Of a stretch of DNA of 64,000 nt, positions 20,103 through 29,852 are shown piece by piece. Source of the DNA: a virus. Position numbers and translations under genes: made by a program. The notes beneath the pieces are model-generated. The model was not told the DNA's origin. It saw nothing but the letters and a program-made list of their open reading frames with translations, and made no database searches. The stretch is from positions 1-64,000 of the IMG/VR virus record IMGVR_UViG_3300047318_000369. One strand, given 5' to 3'. How positions within the stretch are numbered: the first letter of the stretch is position 1; each line of letters starts with the position of its first letter.

Positions 20103-20896
20103 TGCCGCGGCAACTCGACCAACTCCCCACGGATGCAACAACGATGGCCCGGAAAATCGCGACACTGGAACGGCAGGTCAACGAGCTGCGGGCTGCCCGC
20201 CGCCTCAGCTCCGCAACTGCGGGGATCATCCAGACCGCGGCTTCCGGCGCCCGGGTGGCGATGAACGGAGCCAACCAGGCCGTCGACGTGTACGGAGACG
20301 ACGGCACCACCCTGCTGGCTGAACTCGGGCCCGACGCCAGCGGTGGTGGCGGCCTGTGGACCCGCGGCCTGCAAGCCCCCAACAACATCAGCTCCTACCT
20401 GGGCAGCGGCGAGCTGTCCTTCCGGCCCGTCGAAGACGGACTCGTCGAGGTCCCGGCCAACGTCTACTACGACACCGATGCCTTCCAGTACAGCGACCTC
20501 ACCGTCACCTCTGGCGCGGTCGGTGCGACCGACCACCGGGCGCTGCTCATCCTGGAGTCCATCTACGCCGGCGCGACCCCGTACATCTACGTACAGGGCG
20601 AGAACTCGACGCCCTGCAACTTCGATGTTCTCGGCATCATGACCTCGTCGAACTGGGCCTACGGAACCGTCAGCATCACCCCGAGCGCGGCGAACACCCC
20701 GACGTCGTCCGCAGTCACCGGCCTGAGCCTGAAGGGCTCGTCGTTCTACGCGTTCGCCGCGGCGCAGACCGCAGCCCCCGGAACGAACGTGACGGGCGTC
20801 GGCACTACCGCGGTCACCTCGTCCGGGCTGACGGTGTGGGTGACCCGCACCAACACGACCGCCACGATCGTCAACTGGATGGTGATTGGCGTATGA
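20102..20896 (+). CDS. minor tail protein
   Basis: N-terminal coiled coil; C-terminal beta domain ending VNWMVIG (H-type lectin-like end). Confidence 0.65.
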   Translation: MPRQLDQLPTDATTMARKIATLERQVNELRAARRLSSATAGIIQTAASGARVAMNGANQAVDVYGDDGTTLLAELGPDASGGGGLWTRGLQAPNNISSYLGSGELSFRPVEDGLVEVPANVYYDTDAFQYSDLTVTSGAVGATDHRALLILESIYAGATPYIYVQGENSTPCNFDVLGIMTSSNWAYGTVSITPSAANTPTSSAVTGLSLKGSSFYAFAAAQTAAPGTNVTGVGTTAVTSSGLTVWVTRTNTTATIVNWMVIGV

Positions 20897-21105
20897 GCAC
20901 GCCCGTGACGTTCCTGCCGTCCCTCTATTACGAGGTCACGGCCCGCGACAACAACCCGGACTGCCGCAACTACGACCAAGTCTTCGACCTTCCGCAGTTC
21001 TACTCGAACGACGGCGTGCACTGCTACGTCACGTGCGGCATCTGCAGGCAGCGCATGGAGATCCTCACCGCCGTACTGCTCGACCCGCAGCCTGAAGTCT
21101 CCTGA
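20893..21105 (+). CDS. small Cys-containing tail-associated protein
   Basis: ATGA-coupled 70-aa ORF with CGIC. Confidence 0.55.
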   Translation: MSTPVTFLPSLYYEVTARDNNPDCRNYDQVFDLPQFYSNDGVHCYVTCGICRQRMEILTAVLLDPQPEVS

Positions 21106-21171
21106 CCTATCGCACCACCGGCCCGCGCCCAGCCCCCCATCAGGGCGCATTTTTCATGCCCTGGAGGGCAC

Positions 21172-22020
21172 TTGAGCACGAACGTTTACACCTCGGGCGA
21201 TCCGAGACTCGGCCGCCGCGTCGAACATGATCCCCGCAGCCTCGCCTACGCCCACGGGGTACTACCCAAGGCCGCCATCAAGTCCGTGGACTGGACACGC
21301 CGCGCACCGATCTTCGATCAGGGACAGGTCGGAAGCTGCACTGGCAACGCAGCTGCCGGGCTCGTCGGCACCGACAGCGCGACCCGTAGCGGACTCACCT
21401 CCGTCACCCCGCCGGAGGGTGGCGTCGTCCCCGTCGACGAGGACCTCGCCGTCCGCGTCTACAAGCTGGCCACGCAGCTCGACAGCATCAAGGGCACCTA
21501 CCTACCCGACGACACCGGCTCATCCGGGATCGGCGCGGCGAAGGCCCTCGTCAAGCTGGGGCTGGCCACCAAGTACACCCACGCGTTCAGCATCGACGCG
21601 GTGAAGAGCGCACTCCAGACCGGGCCCGTCATGGTCGGCACCGTGTGGCTGGAGAGCATGTTCAACGTCAGCGCCGCCACCGGCTTCGTCGACGTCATCC
21701 ACAACTCCCCGGTGGCGGGCGGTCACGAGTACGTGATCAGCGCCTACAGCGCCGACACCAAGTCGTTCCGCATGGACAACTCGTGGGGTGAGTCCTGGGG
21801 GTTGAACGGCTCGGCATGGCTCCTCGACACGGACGTGCAGTGGCTGCTCTCCCAGCAGGGCGACGTCACCGTCCCGGCCTGGGCCACGGCCCCGGCGCCG
21901 ACCCCTCCTCCCGCGCCCACTCCTGCTCCGGATTCTCGCCTGGCTGAGGCGGCTGTTGCTGCCCAGCAGGTGGCGGATCTGATGCGGCCGTGGGCGCCCA
22001 GCAAGACGACGGGAGCCTGA
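21172..22020 (+). CDS. papain-like (C1) cysteine peptidase
   Basis: DQGQVGSCTGNA (Gln/Cys), GGHEY (His), DNSWGESWG (Asn) motifs. Confidence 0.85.
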   Translation: MSTNVYTSGDPRLGRRVEHDPRSLAYAHGVLPKAAIKSVDWTRRAPIFDQGQVGSCTGNAAAGLVGTDSATRSGLTSVTPPEGGVVPVDEDLAVRVYKLATQLDSIKGTYLPDDTGSSGIGAAKALVKLGLATKYTHAFSIDAVKSALQTGPVMVGTVWLESMFNVSAATGFVDVIHNSPVAGGHEYVISAYSADTKSFRMDNSWGESWGLNGSAWLLDTDVQWLLSQQGDVTVPAWATAPAPTPPPAPTPAPDSRLAEAAVAAQQVADLMRPWAPSKTTGA

Positions 22021-22022
22021 CC

Positions 22023-23195
22023 ATGGCCACCTTCCACGCCGCGATCGTCCACCCCGACCAGTCGGTCACCTACTGCGGCGAGGTCGACCAAGGCCACGTC
22101 GACACGGTCCGCGCCGTCGCCGCCATCGAGGACGTGCCCCGGTTCGTCAAGGAGCACCCGCGGCAGCCCGGCACGTTCTTCGTGCTGCGCCCGGACGATG
22201 AGGGCGGCGACCTCGACTGGTATGTGCCGACCGGCGCCATCCCGTACACCGTGCGCTCGCCCGACCCCGACCCGGTGGGCGCCGTCGCGACGCTCACGGC
22301 AACGGCCACGACTGGGCGCGCCTACATCGACGGCGTCGAGCGCCTCGGCGGGCAGGTCATCGGCGGCGCTATGGACCACCCGGAGTCCGGGCCCCGGTTC
22401 ACCTGGCACGTCACGGTGTCGCCGCAGGGGTATTTCACTTCGATGGCGTCCTACCTGATCGCCGCCGGGTTCGAGCCGCAGGTGCTGTACGACCCCAAGA
22501 CGGACAGGCTCGGCCAGTTCGGGCCCCTCACCCAGTCGGGCCGCGCGTTGCAGAACGACGGCGCGAGGCGCACCAACCGCGAGGGCAAGGTCAACGTTCA
22601 GGTCGAGGTCGTCGCTATGCCGTCGCCGCCCTGGACGGACGGCTTCGACCCGGCGGCCAAGCCGAACTTCCGCAAACTGCTGGCCGCTGGCAGGGCGCAC
22701 GGCATCCCCGACGTCTGGCCCGCAGGACCCCCGGTCTCCTCGTCGAGCCAGGCGATGCCGCGCACCCGCAGCATCTGGCAGTCCAAGGCCGGGCACTACG
22801 GGCACTGCCACGTTCCGAACAACTCGCACTGGGACCCGGGCGGCATCGACATCAGCAAGGTGCCCGGCAAGGCGGTCACTCCGAAGCCGGCCGCCAAGCC
22901 GAAGGTCAGCGTCGCGCACGTCGCCACCGCGGCCAAGCACGACCCGTCTGCCGCGCAGGGACACACCACCTACCGGGCGGAAGTCCTCCTCGTCGAGAAA
23001 GCCCTGCACGCCGAAGGCCTCCTCGACCAGCAGTACGTCGACGGCAGCTTCGGCAGCCTCACCGTCACCGCCTACAAGGCGTGGCAGCGCTCCAAGGCGG
23101 GCGGCTCGTACACCGGCAGCTCGGCCGACGGCATCCCCGGCCAGACCTCCCTCAGCAAGCTCGCCGCGAGACACGGCTTCACCGTCGTCGCCTGA
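22023..23195 (+). CDS. endolysin (amidase_2-like domain plus peptidoglycan-binding domain)
   Basis: TWHVT, GHCHVPNNSHWDPG; C-terminal VDGSFG..T..AYKAWQ...ADGIPG. Confidence 0.85.
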   Translation: MATFHAAIVHPDQSVTYCGEVDQGHVDTVRAVAAIEDVPRFVKEHPRQPGTFFVLRPDDEGGDLDWYVPTGAIPYTVRSPDPDPVGAVATLTATATTGRAYIDGVERLGGQVIGGAMDHPESGPRFTWHVTVSPQGYFTSMASYLIAAGFEPQVLYDPKTDRLGQFGPLTQSGRALQNDGARRTNREGKVNVQVEVVAMPSPPWTDGFDPAAKPNFRKLLAAGRAHGIPDVWPAGPPVSSSSQAMPRTRSIWQSKAGHYGHCHVPNNSHWDPGGIDISKVPGKAVTPKPAAKPKVSVAHVATAAKHDPSAAQGHTTYRAEVLLVEKALHAEGLLDQQYVDGSFGSLTVTAYKAWQRSKAGGSYTGSSADGIPGQTSLSKLAARHGFTVVA

Positions 23196-23212
23196 CCAGA
23201 AACGAGAACATC

Positions 23213-23593
23213 ATGAAGGTATTCGGACGGGAACCCGTCTACATCCTGGCCACCATCGCCGTCTTCCTGAAGCTGGCCTCGGCCTACGGGCTGAACGTCA
23301 CCGCTGCACAGCAGGGCGCCATCATGGCCGCCCTCTCCCTCGTCGTCGCCGTCGTCAGTGCCATCGTCCTCAAGACCGGCGCGGTCGGCGCCGCGATCGT
23401 GAACCTCGCCCAGGGCGCCATCGCCCTCTTCCTCGCCTTCGGCCTGCACATGTCGGCGGACACCCAGTCGCTATGGATGGGCGGCATCGAGGCCCTGGTG
23501 GCACTCTTCCTGCACCGCGAGGTGACCGCCCCGGTGACCGCACTGAAGATCGAAGGGTCGAGCCCCATCAAGTCCGGACCGGCCGCCGCCTGA
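23213..23593 (+). CDS. holin
   Basis: MKVFGREP start, several hydrophobic segments, REVTAP; after endolysin. Confidence 0.8.
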   Translation: MKVFGREPVYILATIAVFLKLASAYGLNVTAAQQGAIMAALSLVVAVVSAIVLKTGAVGAAIVNLAQGAIALFLAFGLHMSADTQSLWMGGIEALVALFLHREVTAPVTALKIEGSSPIKSGPAAA

Positions 23594-23605
23594 GCGGAGT
23601 AGCAC

Positions 23606-23953
23606 GTGCCCGACGATCCGACGAACGGTGAGCTCGCCCACCGCATTGAGGCCATGCGCCTGGACCTCAAGGACGACTTTCGGGAGCTCGCCAAACGGCT
23701 CGACGCCAAGGTGTCGGTCGAACGGTACGAGCTGGAACGCCGGGCCGCCGACGCCGTGCACGTTGCACTCATCGAGCGGGTGGCGGCCATCGAGGCGGCA
23801 CGGATGCAGGAGAAGCGGGACGCAGACGTCGAACGGCGCAAGGTGGAGGACCAGCGCCGCGCCGACAAGCGGCTCATCTTCTCGGCGCTGATCGTGCCCG
23901 TGCTCATCGTGCTGTTGCAGGTGTACCTCTCATCCCGGGGGGCCGGTTCGTGA
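23606..23953 (+). CDS. lysis-module membrane protein
   Basis: Coiled coil plus C-terminal transmembrane segment. Confidence 0.65.
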   Translation: MPDDPTNGELAHRIEAMRLDLKDDFRELAKRLDAKVSVERYELERRAADAVHVALIERVAAIEAARMQEKRDADVERRKVEDQRRADKRLIFSALIVPVLIVLLQVYLSSRGAGS

Positions 23954-24681
23954 GCGAACATGCATCCCCGGCGAAGGAGCGCCGCAAGGCCGATCTGCGG
24001 TATGCGGCGGTCGCGGTCGCCGCGGTCGGCTCCTTCGCCACCATGGCGATCTGGATGCAAGGCCTCTCCAACGACCTGCGCGTCTCCAACCAGGCCCGCG
24101 ACGCGCTGGCCCGCCAGGTGCAGTCCCTCGGCCACAAGCCGGTCGCGGGCCCGCCCGGGTCGCGCGGCGAGGCGGGCGCATCAGTCGTCGGACCCCGCGG
24201 ACCTCAGGGCGTCGCCGGTTCGCCGGGGCCCACCGGGTCACCCGGCAGTACGGGCAAGACCGGGACGACCGGGGCCAGCGGCGCACCAGGCGTCGCCGGA
24301 TCGCCCGGAGTCGGCGTCACCGGGGCCGCCGGCAGTCCAGGCCCCGCCGGACCTCAAGGCGAAGCAGGGGTGGCCGGGCCCGTCGGCCCCCAGGGCGATC
24401 GGGGCGAGAAGGGCGACACCGGCGCGACAGGCCCGGCACCGTCTGGCTGGACGTTCACGGACAACACCGGGGTCACCCAGGAGTGCGCACCCGACAGTGA
24501 GGGCTCCACCCACTACACCTGCCAGCCCGTCTCGCCGGCGAGCCCGTCACCCACCCCGTCGAATCCCGAGTCCGCGGTGCTGGTGCTCAGTGCCGTGATC
24601 GCCCGCAGGAGGATCGATGCCCCAAGCAGTACCCGCGGCCGACACCGGGCGGTCCGCCGCCGCGGTGGCGCCCATCGCTGA
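23950..24681 (+). CDS. membrane-anchored collagen-like protein
   Basis: N-terminal TM segment, coiled coil, long Gly-X-Y tract, Cys pair. Confidence 0.75.
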   Translation: MSEHASPAKERRKADLRYAAVAVAAVGSFATMAIWMQGLSNDLRVSNQARDALARQVQSLGHKPVAGPPGSRGEAGASVVGPRGPQGVAGSPGPTGSPGSTGKTGTTGASGAPGVAGSPGVGVTGAAGSPGPAGPQGEAGVAGPVGPQGDRGEKGDTGATGPAPSGWTFTDNTGVTQECAPDSEGSTHYTCQPVSPASPSPTPSNPESAVLVLSAVIARRRIDAPSSTRGRHRAVRRRGGAHR

Positions 24682-24971
24682 ACCGCCCGCGGCCCGTCAG
24701 CCCCGCCGAGACGACAGTGCGGCGGACGCGGGCAGCCTCGCGCGCATGGGCCGCCTCGACCCGCAGCCGATCCCGGCGCCGTCCATCAGCCCGTTCCTTG
24801 CGCCCGACCTGCCGCCCTTCGAGGAGGACGACTGACGGGCTCCGTGCCACCGGCCGCCCCAACAGGCCGGTTGCCCTGTCCGCCCCTCGCGTGGTGGGGA
24901 GGTGAACCCGTGCTGCACCTCGTACTCGACCTGCTTGCCAGCCTGTCCGTCTGCCTCTGACCGGCACGACT

Positions 24972-25005
24972 GCGCCCCCGCTGCCCTCCTGGGCGGTGGG
25001 GGCGC
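24972..25005. terminator. stem-loop between convergent late and accessory genes
   Basis: GCGCCCCCGCTGCCC-TCCT-GGGCGGTGGGGGCGC. Confidence 0.65.
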
Positions 25006-25009
25006 TTCG

Positions 25010-25618
25010 TCACGTCCCGTCGGTGAACGGCGGATTCTCCAGGTGCCGGGCGAGGATCCATTCCTCGTCGCCGCGGCGGCAGGTCAGGATGAGCCGGATC
25101 GGCTTGCCGACGTACTCGCCTTGCCACATGGCCTGGGACTTGCCCTCCATCCAGCGCCCGGGCCTGGTGCGCTGCATCGCGCGTTGCGTGCCAGTACCCA
25201 CGTCGAGCGGGAAGGCTTCGGGCCCGCGCCCGTGCTCGTCGGTTCCGTTGCTGCCGTGCGAGAAGCGGAAGGGCCCCCAGACGAAGGCGTCGACGTCGGC
25301 CTGCGTCACGTTCCTCTCCGGGTGGAGGACGGTGCGTTCCTTGTCGTCGTCGCCGACGACTATGCGTACCTCGTCGAGGCGGCGCAGCGCGTCAGGCCCG
25401 CCGAGATGCACGTCGAGGAGGGCCTGGCCGTTGCCGGTATCTATCAGCTCAAGGTCGAACTGTGGCGTCAGCTCGGCGTGCCAGCGGTCCTGCTCGATGC
25501 GGGTCATGGTGTCCGCGGTCTTCGCGGACCGATGCGCGGCGAGCCACGCGCCGGCCGTCGCGACCGCGCTGAGGGCGGCTGTGGACAAGGTGGCGACGTC
25601 GCCCCAGTGGATTCTCAT
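25010..25618 (-). CDS. hypothetical protein with N-terminal TM segment
   Basis: WGDVAT...hydrophobic N-terminus; moron-like position. Confidence 0.65.
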   Translation of the reverse strand: MRIHWGDVATLSTAALSAVATAGAWLAAHRSAKTADTMTRIEQDRWHAELTPQFDLELIDTGNGQALLDVHLGGPDALRRLDEVRIVVGDDDKERTVLHPERNVTQADVDAFVWGPFRFSHGSNGTDEHGRGPEAFPLDVGTGTQRAMQRTRPGRWMEGKSQAMWQGEYVGKPIRLILTCRRGDEEWILARHLENPPFTDGT

Positions 25619-25773
25619 GCGCCGGGAGCGTAGCGGGAGTTGACCGCTGGCGAACCCGGCACGACCGCGCCCCGCCCCTTCGCTGCCATCTGGCGGCGCG
25701 GAGGGCGGGGGCGTTTCGCTGTCCGGCTATCGTTCGGGGAGGTCCCCGCCTGTTAACGGCAGGCGGGGACCAC

Positions 25774-26037
25774 TCACGTCTCCGTGCTGTGCGTGAATTC
25801 GACGACGGCGAGCGTCTGACCGTCGCCGAGGTCCGTGGCGGTCGCCCGGAACGTCTCGTCGCGGATGCCGCCTGCTACCCGGTCAACCCACTCGGGGCCG
25901 ATGTTCTGCAGCCACATCTCCCAGTCGCCGCCGTAGTTGCCGATGTGCCACGGGTACACCTGCATGTCGCCCTCGAAGAACCGGGCGTCGGCCTTGGTGA
26001 TCTGCACGCGGATGGTCTGAGGCTTGGTCACGGTCAC
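25774..26037 (-). CDS. hypothetical protein
   Basis: GTG start after GAGG; protein-like composition. Confidence 0.55.
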   Translation of the reverse strand: MTVTKPQTIRVQITKADARFFEGDMQVYPWHIGNYGGDWEMWLQNIGPEWVDRVAGGIRDETFRATATDLGDGQTLAVVEFTHSTET

Positions 26038-26042
26038 GTCCC

Positions 26043-26273
26043 TCACTTCCCACTGTCGCGGTTGTCGCGCCACGGCCGCTCCGACCGTGGCTGTTCGGTG
26101 TCCCGTTCCGCCGCACGCTTCCCTGCGGTGGCCACCCACAGGCCGACGAACGCGGCGACCAGCAGGACCCACACGATGACGGGCAGGCCGACGAAGAAAC
26201 CGAAGACGAAGACGACGATCAAGGCGGCGAAGAAACCGCCCGCTGCGGTGATGGCTCTAGGGGGCTGCGGCAT
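26043..26273 (-). CDS. small membrane protein
   Basis: GAGGAG RBS; two hydrophobic segments. Confidence 0.6.
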   Translation of the reverse strand: MPQPPRAITAAGGFFAALIVVFVFGFFVGLPVIVWVLLVAAFVGLWVATAGKRAAERDTEQPRSERPWRDNRDSGK

Positions 26274-26275
26274 GG

Positions 26276-26887
26276 TCAGTTCTCCTCGCCGGAGCCGTTG
26301 GCGGCGTAGTCCACGGCGGCCCCCTGTGCGCCACCGATCGTCTCCGGGGTGGCCAACAGCACCCAGTTGCTCGCCCAGCCGGTCCGGTCTGCGTTCCAGC
26401 AGCGGCCGATCAGCGCGTACTCGGTGCCGCCCGCGCTGTTGCCGACGGCGAGCACCTGCCCCCACTTGCCGACCTCGCTGCGGAGGACGCTGTCTGTCAG
26501 CTTGTCGTAGGCGTCCCAGAGCTTGGGGAAAACCTTGGCGCGGAGTTCGGTGGCGTCGTAGGCGGTCAGGATGGACAAGGTGGTCTCCTGGTTCTGGTGG
26601 GGCTTCTTCTCGTGGTTGCGCATGCTGGCGGGGGCGCCGACGTAGCCGCAGCCGCGCGGGCACGTCTCCCAGCTTCCCGCCTCGACGGCCGCCTGGGTCA
26701 CGGACTCGTCCGGGCCGAAGCCGTGCTCGGCGAGCAGTCGGGGCACGGACGCCTCGTAGCGGACGGCCATCAACGCGGCCTCCGCCACCTTGTCGTGGCC
26801 CTGGGCGAAGAAGCGGCCGATGCCGATCTCCCTGCCGCAGCCGCACCAGCAGAAGCCATTCGGGATCAGGCGGTTGTTGTTCGTCAT
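26276..26887 (-). CDS. hypothetical protein with CWCGCG...FxxGHD and CPxGC...H motifs
   Basis: Putative Zn-binding motifs; GAGG RBS. Confidence 0.65.
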   Translation of the reverse strand: MTNNNRLIPNGFCWCGCGREIGIGRFFAQGHDKVAEAALMAVRYEASVPRLLAEHGFGPDESVTQAAVEAGSWETCPRGCGYVGAPASMRNHEKKPHQNQETTLSILTAYDATELRAKVFPKLWDAYDKLTDSVLRSEVGKWGQVLAVGNSAGGTEYALIGRCWNADRTGWASNWVLLATPETIGGAQGAAVDYAANGSGEEN

Positions 26888-26898
26888 GTCTGGCCGCC

Positions 26899-27108
26899 TC
26901 AGAGCTTGTTGGACTGGACGTCGAAGGCGATGACCGCGCCACGCACACTGCTGGGGTAGTCGCGCTCGATCTCCTGGCGGATCCTGTTGAACAGGTCGAT
27001 ACGCGTCTCTCCTCGCTCCGGTGTCGTCAGGCCCTGGTAGCTGCCGATGGAGTTGCTCGGCTCCTGGATGACCATCAGCCAGAAGTGGCTTCCTTGCTTG
27101 TTCGTCAT
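26899..27108 (-). CDS. hypothetical protein
   Basis: 69-aa ORF heading the minus-strand cluster. Confidence 0.6.
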   Translation of the reverse strand: MTNKQGSHFWLMVIQEPSNSIGSYQGLTTPERGETRIDLFNRIRQEIERDYPSSVRGAVIAFDVQSNKL

Positions 27109-27243
27109 GAACCCAAGGTAGCAAGTCTTGGGATGTGGTCAAGGGTGAATGTCAAGACTGAAGTGAGGAGTAGCGCATAACGTCTTGCTATGTGCGGGGA
27201 GTTGATCTCCCATCAGCCCGTCGATCCCGAGACGTTACCCACG

Positions 27244-27277
27244 GTAGCCCGGTATAATTTCCCATATACAAGCCTAC
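27244..27277. other. lox-like 13-8-13 recombination site candidate
   Basis: GTAGCCCGGTATA-ATTTCCCA-TATACAAGCCTAC; arms 10/13 inverted match; also contains TATAAT. Confidence 0.5.
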
Positions 27278-27291
27278 TTTGAGGGGGAGTC

Positions 27292-27714
27292 GTGAGCGGT
27301 AAAACGGTGGTGCGGGATGCCCGCCGCTGGTGGGTGGTTGGCTGTGACGGATCGATGCTGCACTTCTATGAAGCGCCGACCAGCCGCAGTGCGGTCGCGG
27401 CATTCAGGGCCAACCTGGTCGAGATGGAGCGTGGATCTGGCGTCAGCATTCGCGACGCACAGTTCATCGTGCGCGGGCTCCAGCCGCACGTCGTCGAGGG
27501 ACCCCTGACGACGCAACAGGCATACGAGCTGGACCTCGGCTGGACGTGGGCCATTTGCTGGGCGGACGGATTCCACGGAACCTCAGTGTCTCCCGTCGGC
27601 CCGATTGACCGCGCAACTGCCGCGTCTCGGCTCGGCGAGCAGACCACGGCGCGACTGGAACGCTCCGCGCGGGTGCGGTACGGCCTCGACCTGATAGGCG
27701 GCAAGGCTGCATGA
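27292..27714 (+). CDS. hypothetical protein
   Basis: GGGGGAG RBS; ATGA-coupled to recombinase. Confidence 0.55.
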   Translation: MSGKTVVRDARRWWVVGCDGSMLHFYEAPTSRSAVAAFRANLVEMERGSGVSIRDAQFIVRGLQPHVVEGPLTTQQAYELDLGWTWAICWADGFHGTSVSPVGPIDRATAASRLGEQTTARLERSARVRYGLDLIGGKAA

Positions 27715-28853
27715 ACGAATCCGACGAGGTGGTCGACGCCGAACTGGTGGACGACGACCACCTCCCCGCCCGGGTCGAACCCAGCCCCGCCGCCCGGCCG
27801 CTGGTCGACAGGCACACAGTGCTCGCACCCGGCGAACTGCTCGCCCTCGCAGGCGACGGCCCGACGTACACCGAGGCCGACTTCTACATCTCGCAGGACA
27901 CTGCCGACCGAGCCGCACGCGCCAAATCCGAGAACACCCGCCGAAACCGCGACTACACCGTCGAACGCTTCCAGACGTGGTGCCAGCAGCAAGGCCGAGT
28001 CGCGCAGCCGTGCACCACCGCCACCTACACCGAATACGGCGCCCACCTCATCCGCCAAGGCCTCAAAGCCACCAGCATCAGCGCCTACATGAGCCACATC
28101 CGCATGTGGCAGCCCGTCGGCCAACGTCCCGACGCCACCCGCTTCCGCGACCAGCTCGCCACCTACCGGCGCGAACAGCCGCGCACCAACCGAAAGAAGC
28201 AGTCCGAGCCGATCCGGCTGCCCGACCTGATGGCCATGCTCGCCACCTGCGACCGCAGCCCCGCCGGACTCCGCGACGCCGCCCTGCTCGCCTGCGGATA
28301 CGGAACCCTCGCCCGCCGCATCGAACTCGCCGACCTCCTCATCGAAGACCTCACCATCAGCGACAAGCGGATCGTCGTCGACTTCATCATCGACAAGACC
28401 CACCAAGACGGCGACCTCCCACCGACCCCCATCCCTGACCGGCCCGACATCAAGCCCGTACAGCGGCTGCGCGACTGGCTGGCGACGCTCGCCAAGCTCG
28501 GTGCCACCACCGGACCCGTATTCCGTGCGCTCACCTCCGGCGGCACACTCCAGACCCGCACCCTCGCCACAGAACGCGGCGACCACATGACCGGCGACGC
28601 CATCAACGCCATCGTCAAGAAGCGGGCCATCGCCGCCGGACTGGAGAACGCGGCCAAGATGACCGCCCACGGCCTCCGCGCCGGACCCACCACCGACCTC
28701 CGCAAGGCAGGCGTCACCGGCAAGCGCCTGAACAGGGCGGGCCGATGGGCAGACGACTCCCGCATGCCCGAGGTCGTCTACGTGCGCTACGGGGAGGACG
28801 AAGAAGGCGATGCCCTGTCAGCGATCCCCGTGTACGAGGAGACCACCGAGTAG
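27711..28853 (+). CDS. Cre-like tyrosine recombinase
   Basis: SENTRRN..., RDAALL...ARRIEL (Arg), DKT (Lys), AHGLRAG (HxxR), AGRW (Trp), VYVR (Tyr). Confidence 0.88.
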   Translation: MNESDEVVDAELVDDDHLPARVEPSPAARPLVDRHTVLAPGELLALAGDGPTYTEADFYISQDTADRAARAKSENTRRNRDYTVERFQTWCQQQGRVAQPCTTATYTEYGAHLIRQGLKATSISAYMSHIRMWQPVGQRPDATRFRDQLATYRREQPRTNRKKQSEPIRLPDLMAMLATCDRSPAGLRDAALLACGYGTLARRIELADLLIEDLTISDKRIVVDFIIDKTHQDGDLPPTPIPDRPDIKPVQRLRDWLATLAKLGATTGPVFRALTSGGTLQTRTLATERGDHMTGDAINAIVKKRAIAAGLENAAKMTAHGLRAGPTTDLRKAGVTGKRLNRAGRWADDSRMPEVVYVRYGEDEEGDALSAIPVYEETTE

Positions 28854-28920
28854 GCCCCGCCCCGTGCCACACTGGCCGTGCCCCTGCCGCGCATCCCCCG
28901 TCGCGACAGGGGCTCAGTCG

Positions 28921-29118
28921 TCACCGCCCCCACGGCCGCCGCTCGTCGCCCTGCGCCTGCCTCTCGGCGCCGACCCGACGCCAGCACCCCACGGCCCCCG
29001 CCCCGAGCGCGATGACGATGACCAGCTCAACCGGATCCCCGTGCCCAACGACGCTCATGACGCCGCCGATGGTGAGCGCGGTCAGGAGCAGGGCGAGCAG
29101 CAGCCAGACGAATTTCAC
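28921..29118 (-). CDS. small membrane protein
   Basis: Two hydrophobic segments. Confidence 0.5.
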   Translation of the reverse strand: MKFVWLLLALLLTALTIGGVMSVVGHGDPVELVIVIALGAGAVGCWRRVGAERQAQGDERRPWGR

Positions 29119-29538
29119 GGGACCCCCAAGTGGTGAGGGTGGGAATCTAGCGGACGAGGCATGAGTTTTCCCGGCCGCGTTCTGCCAGACTGATGGTGCG
29201 ATCGTCGTCTGCTCGTGGGAAACCCGAGCGCCCGGTGTCCCCGGGTCTTAGCCGACGGCGCAGTCTGGTCGGCACGCCGGTAAGGGCCAGGTACAGGAGC
29301 GTGAACACAATCCTGGCCACCAGCACACCGCCTGGCGCCAACCGGGCACGGGACATCTGCTGAGTGCTCCCTTGAACGCCCGGCCGGGCTGATACCGGCC
29401 GGGCGTTCGTGTGCGCCGGCTAGTACTCGCTGAGCCCCGCGTTGTCGGCGACGCCCCGTAGCATGGCCAGCATCCATCTTTGGTGGCTATTCGAATGACG
29501 CCTCGTCCGGTACAGCGCCCGGGCGGGGCGTCGCGCTG

Positions 29539-29748
29539 TCAGCCCTCCCCGTGCCGCACGGCCTTCTTGAGCCCCATCTCGACGTCGATCCGCGCCACCG
29601 GGTTGCCCGCCTCTTTCGCCTGCTGGACGAACTCGTCGATGCCTTGATGCACGGCCTGCGCGGTGTCGACGGTCAACGCTCCGGCCTGGATCTCCTCCCA
29701 GGCGCGGGCTTCGAGGGCGAGCAGGTCGGGAGGGAAGTCGATGGTCAC
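29539..29748 (-). CDS. hypothetical protein
   Basis: 69-aa helical ORF (IDFPPDLLALE...LKKAVRH). Confidence 0.6.
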   Translation of the reverse strand: MTIDFPPDLLALEARAWEEIQAGALTVDTAQAVHQGIDEFVQQAKEAGNPVARIDVEMGLKKAVRHGEG

Positions 29749-29852
29749 CGGGGGATCCTACGTCGAACATGAAAGCGCCCCCGGGCACCACCCCGAGGGC
29801 ATGTCGCGTGGACCCACCAGGGCGCCGTCAACCCTGCCAGCGTACCGGCGCC

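Noticed and set aside
24145-24440. 9-nt periodic G/C-rich tract
   Set aside because: Encodes collagen Gly-X-Y repeats.
27173-27196. dif-like GCGCATAA...CTATGTGC site
   Set aside because: The left part resembles a XerC arm, but symmetry and spacing are poor; weaker than the 27244 site.
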